64,000 nt of DNA from Atopobium sp. (GCA_015259105.1 JABZGZ010000001.1:20670-84669), one strand, 5' to 3'. Shown: positions 1 through 10,486, numbered from the stretch's first letter. Numbers and translations: made by a program. Notes: a model not told the origin generated them from the letters alone.

Positions 1-1
1 T

Positions 2-247
2 AAGCCTAAGCGTGTTGGTGGCGCTACTTACCAGGTTCCAATGGAGGTTAACTCCCGCCGTGCAACTACTCTTGCTATCCGCTGGATGGTCACTTTCAGC
101 CGTAGCCGTAAAGAGAAGACCATGGCAGAGCGTCTTGCAAACGAGATCATCGACGCAACTAACGGCGTAGGTGCATCCGTCAAGCGCCGCGAGGACCTGT
201 ACAAGATGGCTGAGGCCAACCGCGCCTTCTCCCACTACCGCTTCTAG
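2..247 (+). CDS. rpsG: 30S ribosomal protein S7, C-terminal part (5' end lies outside the window)
   Basis: Frame 2 translates to [16 protein letters not shown]...RAFSHYRF, a typical S7 C-terminus. The gene sits directly upstream of fusA, as in the str operon. Confidence 0.85.
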   Translation, partial: KPKRVGGATYQVPMEVNSRRATTLAIRWMVTFSRSRKEKTMAERLANEIIDATNGVGASVKRREDLYKMAEANRAFSHYRF

Positions 248-271
248 TCGGAATTCAGGAGTAGCAAACAA

Positions 272-2368
272 ATGGCTAAGACTAAGTACAATCTTAAAGA
301 CCTCCGCAACATCGGCATCATGGCTCACATCGATGCTGGTAAGACCACCACTACGGAGCGTATTCTTTACTACACCGGTAAGACCCACAAGATTGGTGAG
401 GTCCACGACGGTGCAGCAACCATGGACTGGATGGTTCAGGAGCAGGAGCGCGGCGTAACCATTACTTCCGCAGCTACCACTTGCTTCTGGAAAGACCACG
501 TCATCCAGATCATCGACACCCCAGGTCACGTTGACTTTACCGCTGAGGTTGAGCGTTCTCTTCGTGTTCTGGACGGCGCAGTTGCAGTCTTCGACGCAGT
601 TGCAGGCGTTCAGCCACAGTCCGAGACCGTTTGGCGTCAGGCAACCAAGTACGGCGTACCTCGTATTGCATTCATCAACAAGTTTGACCGCGTAGGCGCA
701 GACTTCTTCCGTGCAATCCAGACCATGCGTGACCGCCTTGGCGCAAACGCAATTGCAGCTCAGGTCCCAATGGGCGCTGAGTCCAACTTCTGGGGTCTTA
801 TCGACCTTGTCACCAACACTGCATGGGACTTCAAAGAGGATGCTAAGGGCATGATTTACCCTGAGCCACTCGACGAGATTCCTGCAGAGTTTGTAGAGAT
901 TGCAGCTGAGAAGCGTGAAGAGCTTCTTGAGGCAGCTTCTGACTTCTCTGAGGACGTCATGATGGCTGTTCTCGAGGGTGAAGAGGTTGACGTTGAGACC
1001 CTTAAGGGTGCTCTTCGTGCTGGCGTTCTTGCTGGTCAGATTAACCCTGTCTTTGTTGGCTCTGCTTACAAGAACAAGGGTATCCAGGAGCTTCTGGACG
1101 CAGTCATCGACTTCCTTCCAAGCCCACTGGACGTTCCAGAGATTGATGGCGTCACTCCTAAGGGTGACGAGGCTGTCCGTCACGCAGACGTTAAGGAGCC
1201 ATTCTCCGCTCTTGCATTCAAGATCATGACTGACCCTTATGTTGGTAAGCTTACCTACATTCGTGTTTACTCTGGTCAGGCAGAGGCAGGTTCTTACGTC
1301 TACAACTCCGTCAAGGACAACCGTGAGCGCTTCGGCCGCATCCTTGAGATGAACGCAAACGACCGTGTTGACCGTGACGAGTGCTCCGCAGGCGACATCG
1401 TTGCATGCGTTGGTCTGAAGAACACCACTACTGGTGACACCCTTTGTGATGAGAAGAACCCAATCATCCTTGAGTCCATCAGCTTCGCAGATCCTGTTAT
1501 CGACGTTGCTGTTGAGCCTAAGACCAAGGCTGAGCAGGAGAAGATGTCCATCGGCCTTGCTAAGCTGGCTGAAGAGGACCCAACCTTCCAGGTTCACACT
1601 GATCACGAGACCGGCCAGACCATCATTGCTGGTATGGGCGAGCTTCACCTTGAGATTATTGTTGACCGTCTCCGTCGTGAGTTTAAGGTTGACTGCAACG
1701 TTGGTAAGCCACAGGTTGCTTACCGTGAGACTGCTGGTAAGGCAGTAAGCCACGCTGAGGGCAAGTTTGTCCGTCAGTCCGGTGGTAAGGGTCAGTATGG
1801 CCACGCAGTCATCGACCTTGAGCCACAGGAAGAGGGCAAGGGTTACGAGTTTGTCAACGCTATCGTCGGTGGTGTTATTCCTAAGGAGTACATCCCATCT
1901 ATCGATAAGGGCATTCGTGAGGCTCTTGAGAACGGCGTCATTGCTGGTTACCCAGTAGTCGACATCAAGGTTACCCTTGTTGACGGTTCTTACCACGAGG
2001 TCGACTCTTCTGAGGCAGCATTTAAGATTGCTGGTTCTATGGCAATTAAGGATGCTCTTAAGAAGTCCAACCCTGTCCTTCTCGAGCCAGTTGAGTCTGT
2101 TGAGGTTGAGACACCTGAGCAGTACATGGGCGACGTTATGGGCAACCTTTCTTCCCGTCGTGGCAAGATTGAGGGCATGGACGATCGTATGGACGCCAAG
2201 GTCATCCGCGCTAAGGTGCCTCTTGGTGAGATGTTCGGTTACGCAACCGACCTTCGTTCCCAGACCCAGGGCCGTGCGAGCTACACCATGCAGTTCGATT
2301 CTTACGAGCCCGTTCCTAACGCTGTACGCGAAGAGATTGTCGCCAAAAACGGCGGCTCTGCATCCTAA
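272..2368 (+). CDS. fusA: Elongation factor G
   Basis: 698-aa ORF with the G-domain motifs [12 protein letters not shown] and DTPGHVDF; it follows rpsG. Confidence 0.97.
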   Translation: MAKTKYNLKDLRNIGIMAHIDAGKTTTTERILYYTGKTHKIGEVHDGAATMDWMVQEQERGVTITSAATTCFWKDHVIQIIDTPGHVDFTAEVERSLRVLDGAVAVFDAVAGVQPQSETVWRQATKYGVPRIAFINKFDRVGADFFRAIQTMRDRLGANAIAAQVPMGAESNFWGLIDLVTNTAWDFKEDAKGMIYPEPLDEIPAEFVEIAAEKREELLEAASDFSEDVMMAVLEGEEVDVETLKGALRAGVLAGQINPVFVGSAYKNKGIQELLDAVIDFLPSPLDVPEIDGVTPKGDEAVRHADVKEPFSALAFKIMTDPYVGKLTYIRVYSGQAEAGSYVYNSVKDNRERFGRILEMNANDRVDRDECSAGDIVACVGLKNTTTGDTLCDEKNPIILESISFADPVIDVAVEPKTKAEQEKMSIGLAKLAEEDPTFQVHTDHETGQTIIAGMGELHLEIIVDRLRREFKVDCNVGKPQVAYRETAGKAVSHAEGKFVRQSGGKGQYGHAVIDLEPQEEGKGYEFVNAIVGGVIPKEYIPSIDKGIREALENGVIAGYPVVDIKVTLVDGSYHEVDSSEAAFKIAGSMAIKDALKKSNPVLLEPVESVEVETPEQYMGDVMGNLSSRRGKIEGMDDRMDAKVIRAKVPLGEMFGYATDLRSQTQGRASYTMQFDSYEPVPNAVREEIVAKNGGSAS

Positions 2369-2411
2369 GTAAACGACCACGAGCTCTAGCTCATTTATGG
2401 AGGTACCCAAA

Positions 2412-2720
2412 GTGTCAAGCCAGAAGATCAGGATTCGCCTCAAGGGCTATGATCACGAGGTCATTGATCAGTCCGCTAAGCTGATTGTTGACACCGCACA
2501 GAAGACAGGTGCGCGTGTTTCCGGTCCTATCCCTCTGCCAACCGAGCGCAACCTTTACACCGTTATCCGCTCACCACACAAGGATAAGGATTCCCGTGAT
2601 CAGTTTGAGATGCGCACTCACAAGCGTCTCATCGATATTCTCGACCCAAGCGCTTCTACCGTTGATTCGCTTATGCGTCTCGACCTTCCAGCTGGTGTCG
2701 ATATCGAGATCAAGCTCTAA
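2412..2720 (+). CDS. rpsJ: 30S ribosomal protein S10
   Basis: Translation [14 protein letters not shown]... matches the S10 N-terminus. The GTG start lies 8 nt after a GGAGG ribosome-binding site; the upstream ATG at 2397 would add a non-conserved extension. Confidence 0.92.
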   Translation: MSSQKIRIRLKGYDHEVIDQSAKLIVDTAQKTGARVSGPIPLPTERNLYTVIRSPHKDKDSRDQFEMRTHKRLIDILDPSASTVDSLMRLDLPAGVDIEIKL

Positions 2721-2746
2721 GCATACGGCTTAATCCAACTTGCAAA

Positions 2747-2779
2747 CCCTCCTGCGCATCTCCGCGCGGGAGGGTTTTT
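2747..2779 (+). terminator. Rho-independent terminator after rpsJ
   Basis: 11-bp GC-rich stem (CCCTCCTGCGC / GCGCGGGAGGG, one G-U pair) with a 6-nt loop, followed by TTTTT. Confidence 0.6.
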
Positions 2780-2794
2780 GCATAGGCGGGCTTT

Positions 2795-2839
2795 CCGCTT
2801 GCGCCGAACCCGCTTGCGCCTAACCAGCTTGCGCCTGAT
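2795..2839. repeat. Tandem repeat, 3 x 15 bp (CCGCTTGCGCCNAAC)
   Basis: Three contiguous units: ccgcttgcgccgaac, ccgcttgcgcctaac and cagcttgcgcctgat. Confidence 0.75.
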
Positions 2840-2935
2840 TTTCTCACCATGTCTGAACGATTTGCCGGAAAAGTGCGCCATGTCTGAGCTATTTGCCTGA
2901 TTTTCTCATCAAGTCTGAGTAAATTTGCTCAGACA
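2836..2935. repeat. Tandem array of three ~31-bp units ending in a 22-bp palindrome
   Basis: The units share the pattern ca(t/a)gtctga...atttgc(c) and start at 2836, 2868 and 2898. The first and third also begin with ctgattttctca. The array ends in the perfect palindrome gtctgag-taaatttg-ctcagac (2914-2935). Confidence 0.6.
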
Positions 2936-2998
2936 TGATGAACTTTTCAGGCTGGCTCATGCAGGAGCGCGTTGCTTTACAGAGTAAAGGGCATGTTT

Positions 2999-3011
2999 AG
3001 CGAGAAACCCG
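2999..3011 (-). repeat. Copy of the dispersed motif in minus orientation (cgggtttctcgct)
   Basis: The reverse complement of agcgagaaacccg is cgggtttctcgct. With its flanks it matches 17 of 19 positions against the copy at 3672, in inverted orientation. Confidence 0.55.
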
Positions 3012-3054
3012 TAGAATAGGGAAGCGAATACTTTTACAGTGCACAGGAGAAGAG

Positions 3055-3591
3055 ATGAACCAAAGCTCGCAGAACATAAGTGGTCAGCAGAATGCAGGTA
3101 GCCAGCTAAACGAAGTCCGCTCGGAAAACGCTCACGTAACAAAGATCCTTTTTGTCTGTCACGGAAATATCTGCAGGTCAACTATGGCGCAATATGTCAT
3201 GCAAGACCTTGTCGAGAAAAACGGTCTGGCAGAATCGTTCTTCATTGACTCAGCCGCAACATCCACAGAAGAGATCGGCAATCCTGTGGACCCTCGCACG
3301 CGTAGAAAACTGCAGCAAGAGGGGATTCATTGCGGCAATCATCGTGCCAGGCAGATGACTCGCGCAGATTACGAGGAGTTTGATTACCTCATTGGTATGG
3401 ATCACAACAACCTGCGCAACATGATGCGTATGCTCAAGGATGATCCGCTTGGAAAGGTTTCGTTGCTTCTTGACTGGACAGAGAAGCCTCGCGACATTGC
3501 GGATCCGTGGTATTCGGGTAATTTTGACCTGACGTACGAGGATGTTACAGAAGGCTGCGAAGCGTTGCTCAAGAAAATTTTAGCCAGATAG
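3055..3591 (+). CDS. Low-molecular-weight protein-tyrosine phosphatase
   Basis: Carries the P-loop CHGNICRS (CX5R-S) and a downstream DPWY motif. Has an AGGAGA ribosome-binding site before the ATG and a ~35-aa Q/S-rich N-terminal extension. The family assignment is from established knowledge of low-molecular-weight phosphatases and ArsC-type reductases. Confidence 0.85.
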   Translation: MNQSSQNISGQQNAGSQLNEVRSENAHVTKILFVCHGNICRSTMAQYVMQDLVEKNGLAESFFIDSAATSTEEIGNPVDPRTRRKLQQEGIHCGNHRARQMTRADYEEFDYLIGMDHNNLRNMMRMLKDDPLGKVSLLLDWTEKPRDIADPWYSGNFDLTYEDVTEGCEALLKKILAR

Positions 3592-3671
3592 CCTTCACCG
3601 CAATTTTCCCGGTAACTAGTTCCGGCAAATCATTCCGACAAATTTTTCAGAAAAATTTTGCAAAATTCTTC

Positions 3672-3684
3672 GGGTTTCTCGCCA
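3672..3684 (+). repeat. Dispersed motif GGGTTTCTCGCCA, copy 1
   Basis: Exact 13-mer. Its partner GGCGAGAAG lies at 3724-3732. Confidence 0.7.
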
Positions 3685-3949
3685 ATGGATACGCCCGGGT
3701 CAGCGGTTTGACCTCGCAAAATAGGCGAGAAGAAAGATCTCGCAGCTAGAAGGTATCAAACGGTCTTCACAAAGCGTTCATCTTTTAGAGATTTTAGGCT
3801 TGTTTCTTGTCAAAAATGAGTGTAAAGTAGACGGGCTGCTCAAACAGGACAATTATGTCTAAAGGCAGTATGTACAGGACGTGGTCCGCTGGGGAAGAGT
3901 ACCCGATGTGCTCTCAAGGTCCCATGACCACCGAAGGTTAGGAAAGAGC

Positions 3950-4570
3950 ATGGTTAATACCATCCTCGGCCGCAAGCTGGGCATGACCCAGGTATGGGAC
4001 GAGAACGACAACGTCGTTCCTGTTACCGTCGTTCTTGCTGGCCCCTGCACCGTTTCACAGGTAAAGACTGTTGAGACGGACGGCTACAATGCCGTACAGA
4101 TTGGCTTCGGCGACATCTCCGAGAAGCATGTCAACAAGCCAATGGCTGGTCACTTCAAGGCACAGGGCGTCGAGCCAATGCGTTACCTCCGTGAGGTCCG
4201 CGTTGAGGATGCTTCTGAGCACAAGACCGGCGATGTTGTCACAGTTGCTGACTTCTCCGAGGTCACCGCTGTTGACGTAACAGGCACTTCTAAGGGTAAG
4301 GGTTTCCAGGGTACCGTTAAGCGCTGGAACTTCTCTCGCGGTCCAATGACTCACGGTTCTCGTAACCAGCGTCGTCCAGGTTCCATTGGTCAGTGCGCAT
4401 ACCCTGCACGCGTTCGTAAGGGCCTTCACATGTATGGTCACATGGGCGCAGAGCGCGTTACGGTCAAGAACCTTAAGCTTGTCCGCGTTGATGCTGAGCA
4501 GAACCTCATGCTTATCAAGGGTGCTGTTCCTGGCGGCAAGAATGCCCTCGTCCAGGTCCGCATGGCCTAA
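3950..4570 (+). CDS. rplC: 50S ribosomal protein L3
   Basis: Begins MVNTILGRKLGMTQVWDEN, the canonical L3 start, after an AGGAAAGAG ribosome-binding site. Confidence 0.93.
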   Translation: MVNTILGRKLGMTQVWDENDNVVPVTVVLAGPCTVSQVKTVETDGYNAVQIGFGDISEKHVNKPMAGHFKAQGVEPMRYLREVRVEDASEHKTGDVVTVADFSEVTAVDVTGTSKGKGFQGTVKRWNFSRGPMTHGSRNQRRPGSIGQCAYPARVRKGLHMYGHMGAERVTVKNLKLVRVDAEQNLMLIKGAVPGGKNALVQVRMA

Positions 4571-4609
4571 GGGCCTTTAGGCAAACACTTAGGCTAACAA
4601 GGAGACAAC

Positions 4610-5236
4610 ATGTCCAAGTATGAGATTAAGAACGTAGAGGGAAAGAAGGTCGGCGACGCCGAGCTCTCCTCTGACGTCTATGGCATTGAGCCAAACATCC
4701 CTGTTGTGCACCAGGTTGTAGTCTGCCAGGACGCATCCGCACGTCAGGGTACCCACTCTACAAAGAACCGTCACGAGGTATCCGGCGGTGGCGTTAAGCC
4801 TTACCGTCAGAAGGGTACTGGTCGTGCTCGCCAGGGTTCTATTCGTGCTGGTCAGTGGACTGGTGGTGGCGTCATCTTTGGACCTACCCCTCGTTCACAC
4901 GCACGTCGTATTAACAACAAGATGGTCAAGCTTGCTATGAGGTCCGTCCTCTCCGGCAAGGTTGCAGACTCCGAGCTTGTCCTCGTTGACTCTCTTGAGT
5001 TTGCTCAACCTTCCACTAAGCAGGCAAAGGCTGCACTTCAGAACCTCGGTATTGAGGGTAAGCGCGTTACCGTCATCGTCCCAGACGACGACGTCAACAC
5101 CTACCTCTCTTTCCGTAACCTTCCTAAGGTTTCGGTCTTCGGTGTTTCTGAGGTTACTACTCGTTTCCTGATCGACAACGGCGCACTTGTTATGTCCGCT
5201 GATGTTGCTAAGCAGCTTGGGGAGGTGCTCGCATAA
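4610..5236 (+). CDS. rplD: 50S ribosomal protein L4
   Basis: 208-aa ORF in the expected position with an AAGGAGA ribosome-binding site and L4-like sequence (GTGRARQGS). Confidence 0.93.
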   Translation: MSKYEIKNVEGKKVGDAELSSDVYGIEPNIPVVHQVVVCQDASARQGTHSTKNRHEVSGGGVKPYRQKGTGRARQGSIRAGQWTGGGVIFGPTPRSHARRINNKMVKLAMRSVLSGKVADSELVLVDSLEFAQPSTKQAKAALQNLGIEGKRVTVIVPDDDVNTYLSFRNLPKVSVFGVSEVTTRFLIDNGALVMSADVAKQLGEVLA

Positions 5237-5535
5237 TGAACTCTCCTTATGAGGTCATCATTCGTCCTATCGTTTCAGAGCGTGCTTTCGATCTGATGGA
5301 GCAGGGCAAGTACACTTTTGAGGTTGCTCGTAACGCAGGTAAAGAAGAGATTGCTGCAGCTGTAGAGAAGCTCTTCTCTGTACACGTCACCAAGGTAAAC
5401 ACACTTTCTGTTAAGCCAAAGAACAAGCGTGTACGTTATCAGCAGGCAGGCAAGACCCGCCAGTGGAAGAAGGCTATTGTTACCCTCGCTGCTGGTGAGA
5501 CTATCGAGATCTTCGGTAATAACTCTGCTGAGTAA
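5236..5535 (+). CDS. rplW: 50S ribosomal protein L23
   Basis: 99-aa ORF whose start overlaps the rplD stop (ATGA). Confidence 0.92.
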   Translation: MNSPYEVIIRPIVSERAFDLMEQGKYTFEVARNAGKEEIAAAVEKLFSVHVTKVNTLSVKPKNKRVRYQQAGKTRQWKKAIVTLAAGETIEIFGNNSAE

Positions 5536-5673
5536 GGTTTTTCTCCCGTGCCTCTTTTGAGGTACGGGTTCGTATGCCGCGCATAGTAGATACGCGCGGT
5601 ACCGTGGTAATCCGGTGTTAGCTCGACTTTCCCTTAAGCGGGCTAGCCAACGGAGAAGAAAGGGATACTGTTT

Positions 5674-6510
5674 ATGGCAGTTAGGCATCTAAAGCCAACA
5701 AGCGCAGGCAGGCGCTTCCAGACAATCTCAGACTTTGCTGAGATTACAACTGATAAGCCCGAGAAGTCCCTTCTCGAGCCTCTGCCAAAGAAGGCTGGCC
5801 GCAACAACAATGGCCGCATCACTACCCGTCACCAGGGTGGTGGCCACAAGCGCCAGTACCGTCGTATCGACTTCAAGCGTCGCAAGGATGACATCCCAGC
5901 TAAGGTCGCTACTGTTGAGTACGATCCTAACCGTTCCGCTCGTATTGCTCTTCTGCACTATGCAGACGGTGCAAAGGCATACATCCTTTGCCCAGAGGGC
6001 CTGAGCGTCGGTGACACCGTTCTTTCTGGTACCAAGGACATCGACATCAAGCCTGGTAACTGCACCACTCTTGAGCAGATTCCAGTAGGTACTCTTGTTC
6101 ACGCAGTTGAGTTCCAGCCTGGCAAGGGTGCTGCAATGGCACGTGCTGCTGGTACTTCCGTCCAGCTCATGGGTAAGGACAACGGCTATGCAGTTCTGCG
6201 TATGCCTTCCTCCGAGCTCCGTCGTGTTCTTCTGACCTGCCGTGCAACCATCGGTGAGGTTGGTAACGCTGAGCACTCCAACATTGTTGTTGGTAAGGCT
6301 GGTCGTTCCCGTTGGGCAGGCGTCCGTCCTACCGTCCGTGGTACTGTCATGAACCCTGTTGACCACCCACACGGCGGTGGTGAAGGTAAGAACCACACTT
6401 CTGGTCGTCCTTCCGTCACCCCATGGGGTAAGCCAACCAAGGGTTATAAGACCCGCGACCCGAAGAAGGCTTCTAACCGCCTGATCATTCGCCGTCGTAA
6501 GTCCAAGTAA
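5674..6510 (+). CDS. rplB: 50S ribosomal protein L2
   Basis: Begins [14 protein letters not shown] and contains GGGHKRQYR and HPHGGGEG, which are L2 hallmarks. Confidence 0.96.
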   Translation: MAVRHLKPTSAGRRFQTISDFAEITTDKPEKSLLEPLPKKAGRNNNGRITTRHQGGGHKRQYRRIDFKRRKDDIPAKVATVEYDPNRSARIALLHYADGAKAYILCPEGLSVGDTVLSGTKDIDIKPGNCTTLEQIPVGTLVHAVEFQPGKGAAMARAAGTSVQLMGKDNGYAVLRMPSSELRRVLLTCRATIGEVGNAEHSNIVVGKAGRSRWAGVRPTVRGTVMNPVDHPHGGGEGKNHTSGRPSVTPWGKPTKGYKTRDPKKASNRLIIRRRKSK

Positions 6511-6531
6511 GACACGAGTAGGAGTAGATAA

Positions 6532-6792
6532 ATGAGCAGAAGTCTCAAAAAAGGCCCCTTTGTGGAGACTCGCCTCCTTGCGCGTGTCGCTGCAATGAAC
6601 GAGGCTGGCAAGAAGGACGTTATCAAGACTTGGTCACGTTCCTCAACCATCTTCCCTGAGATGGTCGGTCACACCATCGCTGTTCACGATGGTCGTAAGC
6701 ATGTACCTGTGTACGTCACCGAGTCCATGGTTGGTCACAAGTTGGGCGAGTTCTCCCCATCCCGTACCTTCCGCGGTCACAAGGCCAAATAG
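6532..6792 (+). CDS. rpsS: 30S ribosomal protein S19
   Basis: Begins [11 protein letters not shown] and contains HNGRKHVPV. Confidence 0.95.
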   Translation: MSRSLKKGPFVETRLLARVAAMNEAGKKDVIKTWSRSSTIFPEMVGHTIAVHDGRKHVPVYVTESMVGHKLGEFSPSRTFRGHKAK

Positions 6793-6806
6793 GGGGAGTG
6801 TAGTAA

Positions 6807-7169
6807 ATGGCTAAGAACACCGATTCTATTGAGGTTCGCGCAACAGCTAAGTATGTTCGCGTTGCTCCTCGTAAGGCTCGCGCGGTTGTCGCGCTTGTCC
6901 GCGGTAAGTCTGTCGAGAAGGCCCTTGAGGTTCTTCAGTTCTCGACTCGCGCTGCCGCTACTGATGTTGCTAAGGTTCTGCGTTCTGCAGTTGCTAACGC
7001 TGAGAACAACAATGGACTCCGCGCTAACAACCTGGTAGTCAAGACCGCTTTTGTTGACGAAGGCCCAACGCTTAAGCGTATTCGCCCTCGTGCAAAGGGT
7101 TCGGCTTCCCGCATTAACAAGCGCATGAGCCACATTACCGTTGTCGTTGCACCTCGAAAGGAGGCGTAG
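6807..7169 (+). CDS. rplV: 50S ribosomal protein L22
   Basis: 120-aa ORF reading [12 protein letters not shown], in the expected position. Confidence 0.93.
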   Translation: MAKNTDSIEVRATAKYVRVAPRKARAVVALVRGKSVEKALEVLQFSTRAAATDVAKVLRSAVANAENNNGLRANNLVVKTAFVDEGPTLKRIRPRAKGSASRINKRMSHITVVVAPRKEA

Positions 7170-7171
7170 GA

Positions 7172-7882
7172 ATGGGTCAGAAAGTACAGCCTACAGGCTT
7201 CCGTCTTGGTGTAACCGAGAGCTGGCGTTCTCGTTGGTACGCCGATAAGGACTACGCCGAGCAGCTCGGCAACGATCTTGCTATCCGCAAGTATCTTGAG
7301 AAGCGCCTTGAGAAGGCAGCTGTTGCTCGTATTGATATCGAGCGCGCTGGCGATAAGGTCAAGGTAACTATTTTCTCCGCACGTCCTGGAATTGTCATTG
7401 GCAAGAAGGGTGCAGAGATTGACGGCCTCCGTGCAGATCTTGAGCGTGTTGCTAAGGTCGGCAAGGGTCAGGTCAACGTAGATGTCGTCGAGGTTAAGCG
7501 TCCTGAGCTTGACGCAAACCTTGTTGCTCAGTCCATCGCAGAGCAGCTTGAGCAGCGTGTCGCTTTCCGTCGCGCTATGCGTAAGGCTGTTCAGTCCGCT
7601 CGTAAGGCTGGCGCTAAGGGTATTCGTATCCAGTGCTCCGGTCGTCTGAACGGTGCTGAGATGGGCCGCCGTGAGTGGTACCGTGAGGGTCGCGTGCCTC
7701 TGCACACCCTTCGTGCTGCAATCGGCTATGGTACCGCTACAGGTCGCACCACCATGGGCGCTGTTGGTATCAAGGTTTGGATTTATTACGGCGAGAAGAT
7801 GCCTGGACAGCCAACACCTAACCCAGCTCTTGAGGGCTCCGCTCGTCCTCGTCGTGCTCGCAATGAGAGGAGGGGCCGTTAA
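7172..7882 (+). CDS. rpsC: 30S ribosomal protein S3
   Basis: Begins [13 protein letters not shown] and has KH and S3-C domains. Confidence 0.95.
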   Translation: MGQKVQPTGFRLGVTESWRSRWYADKDYAEQLGNDLAIRKYLEKRLEKAAVARIDIERAGDKVKVTIFSARPGIVIGKKGAEIDGLRADLERVAKVGKGQVNVDVVEVKRPELDANLVAQSIAEQLEQRVAFRRAMRKAVQSARKAGAKGIRIQCSGRLNGAEMGRREWYREGRVPLHTLRAAIGYGTATGRTTMGAVGIKVWIYYGEKMPGQPTPNPALEGSARPRRARNERRGR

Positions 7883-8307
7883 TGCTTGCTCCAAAGCGTG
7901 TATTGCACCGTAAGGTACAGCGCGGTTCCATGAAGGGCCAGGCAAAGGGTAATACCCAGCTGCATTTTGGTTCCTGGGGCATCCGTGCAGAGGAGGCTCA
8001 CTGGATTACTAACCGCCAGATTGAGGCTGCTCGTATTGCTCTCACCCGTGAGATGAAGCGTGGCGGTAAGGTTTGGATTACTATCTTCCCAGATAAGCCA
8101 ATCACCAAGAAGCCTGCAGAGACTCGCATGGGTTCCGGTAAGGGTAACCCAGAAGAGTGGGTAGCAGTTGTTAAGCCTGGTCGTATCATGTTTGAGATTG
8201 ATGGCGTACCAGAGGAAGTTGCTCGTGAGGCCCTCCGTCTTGCTCAGCACAAGCTTCCAATTAAGACCAAGATTGTCTCCAAGGCCGATCAGGACGGTGA
8301 GAACTAA
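7882..8307 (+). CDS. rplP: 50S ribosomal protein L16
   Basis: Begins [15 protein letters not shown]; its start overlaps the rpsC stop. Confidence 0.95.
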   Translation: MLAPKRVLHRKVQRGSMKGQAKGNTQLHFGSWGIRAEEAHWITNRQIEAARIALTREMKRGGKVWITIFPDKPITKKPAETRMGSGKGNPEEWVAVVKPGRIMFEIDGVPEEVAREALRLAQHKLPIKTKIVSKADQDGEN

Positions 8308-8522
8308 TGAAGTACACCGAAATCAAGGCTATGAGCGATGCAGACCTCGCTAAGAAACTCGAGGAAGGCCGCGCAGAGCTCTTTAATCTTCGTTTCCAGA
8401 TGGCAACCAGCCAGCTGGACAACACCGCTCGTGTCAAGGCTGTAAAGCGTGACATTGCTCGCGTTCAGACCGAGATGCGCACCCGTCAAATTGCTGCGGA
8501 ATCATCCGCAGAGCAGAACTAG
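8307..8522 (+). CDS. rpmC: 50S ribosomal protein L29
   Basis: 71-aa ORF whose start overlaps the rplP stop. Confidence 0.9.
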   Translation: MKYTEIKAMSDADLAKKLEEGRAELFNLRFQMATSQLDNTARVKAVKRDIARVQTEMRTRQIAAESSAEQN

Positions 8523-8539
8523 ATCGCAGGAGATAAGTT

Positions 8540-8806
8540 ATGGCAGAGACCGAAAGCAGAAATGCGCGTAAGGTTCGTACCGGACTCGTCGTCTCCATCT
8601 CTGGCGAGAAGACGATTACGGTAGAAATTACGTACCGTAAGCACCACCCTAAGTATGGCAAGATGATGACCATCGGCAAGAAGCTTCACGTTCACGATGA
8701 GAACAACGAGGCTGGTCTGGGCGATACCGTCCGCGTCATGGAGACTCGTCCTCTTTCCAAGACCAAGCGTTGGCGTCTCGCAGAGATCGTTGAGCGCGCT
8801 AAGTAA
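8540..8806 (+). CDS. rpsQ: 30S ribosomal protein S17
   Basis: 88-aa ORF with an S17 fold signature ([10 protein letters not shown]). Confidence 0.93.
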   Translation: MAETESRNARKVRTGLVVSISGEKTITVEITYRKHHPKYGKMMTIGKKLHVHDENNEAGLGDTVRVMETRPLSKTKRWRLAEIVERAK

Positions 8807-8916
8807 TTAGCACCTAGGAAACAGCTTTTAGCTCAACCTAGTTTTGTATCTATCATTATTTCTCATGTGCGCAAATACGCGCACCTCTGAGAAATTAGGT
8901 TCCGGAGGAACGTCAC

Positions 8917-9285
8917 ATGATTCAGATGGAGACCATTCTCAACGTCGCTGACAACAGCGGCGCAAGGCGCGTAAAGTGCGTCAAGGTCCTTGGTGGCTCC
9001 AAGCGTCGTTACGCCGGCCTTGCCGACGTCATCATTGGCGCTGTCCAGGAGGCTACTCCAGGTGGTTCGGTGAAGAAGGGCGACATTGTTCGCTGCGTCA
9101 TCGTTCGTACCGCTAAGGACACCCGTCGCAAGGACGGTAGCTACATCCGCTTTGACCAGAACGCATGCGTTCTTGTTAACAAAGAGGGTGAGCCCAAGGG
9201 TACTCGTATCTTTGGACCAGTCGCTCGCGAGCTGCGCGACCACAAGTACATGAAGATTGTCTCACTTGCACCTGAGACCCTTTAA
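8917..9285 (+). CDS. rplN: 50S ribosomal protein L14
   Basis: Begins [18 protein letters not shown]. Confidence 0.95.
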   Translation: MIQMETILNVADNSGARRVKCVKVLGGSKRRYAGLADVIIGAVQEATPGGSVKKGDIVRCVIVRTAKDTRRKDGSYIRFDQNACVLVNKEGEPKGTRIFGPVARELRDHKYMKIVSLAPETL

Positions 9286-9296
9286 GGAGGAACGAC

Positions 9297-9614
9297 ATGC
9301 CTAAGATGAAGATCAAGAAGGGCGACAAGGTCGAGGTCCTCACTGGTAAGGACAAGGGTAAGCGCGGCGAGGTACTTCGCGTATATCCAGAGAAGAACAA
9401 GGTTGTCGTTGAGGGCGTTGCAATTGCAAAGCGCCATGTCAAGCCAAACGCAGCTAACCAGCAGGGTGGCATCGTTGAGGCAGAGGCAGCAATCGACGCT
9501 TCCAATGTTGCTCTTATCGACCCTAAGACCGACAAGCCAACTCGTGTTGGCTACCTGATCAAGGAGGACGGCACCAAGGTCCGCGTCTCCAAGAAGTCAG
9601 GCGCTGAGCTCTAA
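9297..9614 (+). CDS. rplX: 50S ribosomal protein L24
   Basis: Begins [24 protein letters not shown], a KOW-domain sequence. Confidence 0.93.
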   Translation: MPKMKIKKGDKVEVLTGKDKGKRGEVLRVYPEKNKVVVEGVAIAKRHVKPNAANQQGGIVEAEAAIDASNVALIDPKTDKPTRVGYLIKEDGTKVRVSKKSGAEL

Positions 9615-9661
9615 GTTACCCGTGTTTCTCGCTTTGTAAGAAACATCTCAGAGCTACTTCA

Positions 9662-9697
9662 AACCCCGTTATCATCAGATAGCGGGGTTTTCTTTTT
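9662..9697 (+). terminator. Rho-independent terminator after rplX
   Basis: 10-bp stem (AACCCCGTTA / TAGCGGGGTT, one G-U pair) followed by TTTTCTTTTT. Confidence 0.55.
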
Positions 9698-9917
9698 GGG
9701 CGAGAAGTGCGGTGTTGTGTAAGTCGTGTGATGACACGAAAAAATATCAGCTAGCTTGAAATTCTCGCCCCATTTTTGCTCAATAAGGTCTAATATTGTT
9801 CATTGCGTCTTTCTATGGGACACGTATGTCTCGAGGACGCAGATGGCTCCTAGTTCGCCAAACTAGGAGGTGCGAGGCGATCCCCGCACTTAAAACCCCA
9901 AGAGTTAAGGAGAAACC

Positions 9918-10478
9918 ATGGCAGACGAGAAGTACACACCTCGCCTTAAAGAGCTTTACTACGCATCCGTGCGTGATGCTCTGAAGGAGAAATTTGGTTA
10001 CACCAACGTTAACCAGATTCCTAAGTTTGAGAAGATCGTTGTCAACATGGGTGTTGGCGAGGCAGCTACAGACGCTAAGGCAATTGACGGCGCTGTAAAC
10101 GACCTCCGTACCATTACTGGTCAGCAGCCACTCGTTACACACGCTCGCAAGTCTATCGCAACCTTTAAGCTTCGCCAGGGTATGCCAATCGGCGCTAAAG
10201 TTACCCTTCGTGGCGATCGTATGTGGGAGTTCCTGGATCGTCTGATCGCAGTTGCAATTCCTCGTATCCGCGACTTCCGTGGTATCTCTGCTAAGAGCTT
10301 CGACGGCCGTGGTAACTTCTCCATGGGCGTAACCGAGCAGCTCATCTTCCCAGAGATTGACTTTGACAAGATGGACCACACCCGCGGTATGGACATCACC
10401 ATTGTCACCACTGCTAAGACCAATGAGGAGGGCAAGGCACTTCTCGACGCCTTCCACTTCCCATTCAAGCAGGACTAA
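9918..10478 (+). CDS. rplE: 50S ribosomal protein L5
   Basis: 186-aa ORF with L5 sequence and an AAGGAGA ribosome-binding site. Confidence 0.95.
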   Translation: MADEKYTPRLKELYYASVRDALKEKFGYTNVNQIPKFEKIVVNMGVGEAATDAKAIDGAVNDLRTITGQQPLVTHARKSIATFKLRQGMPIGAKVTLRGDRMWEFLDRLIAVAIPRIRDFRGISAKSFDGRGNFSMGVTEQLIFPEIDFDKMDHTRGMDITIVTTAKTNEEGKALLDAFHFPFKQD

Positions 10479-10486
10479 CTTTTACC

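Noticed and set aside
2795-2935. Possible CRISPR array
   Set aside because: The repeats are contiguous or separated by non-uniform 12-16-nt segments. There are only three copies, no cas genes and no leader, so this is better described as tandem repeats or binding sites.
5728-7945. Long minus-strand ORFs of 222 and 336 aa that overlap rplB, rplV and rpsC
   Set aside because: They are shadow ORFs antisense to highly conserved ribosomal genes. Their products have low complexity and they have no ribosome-binding site.
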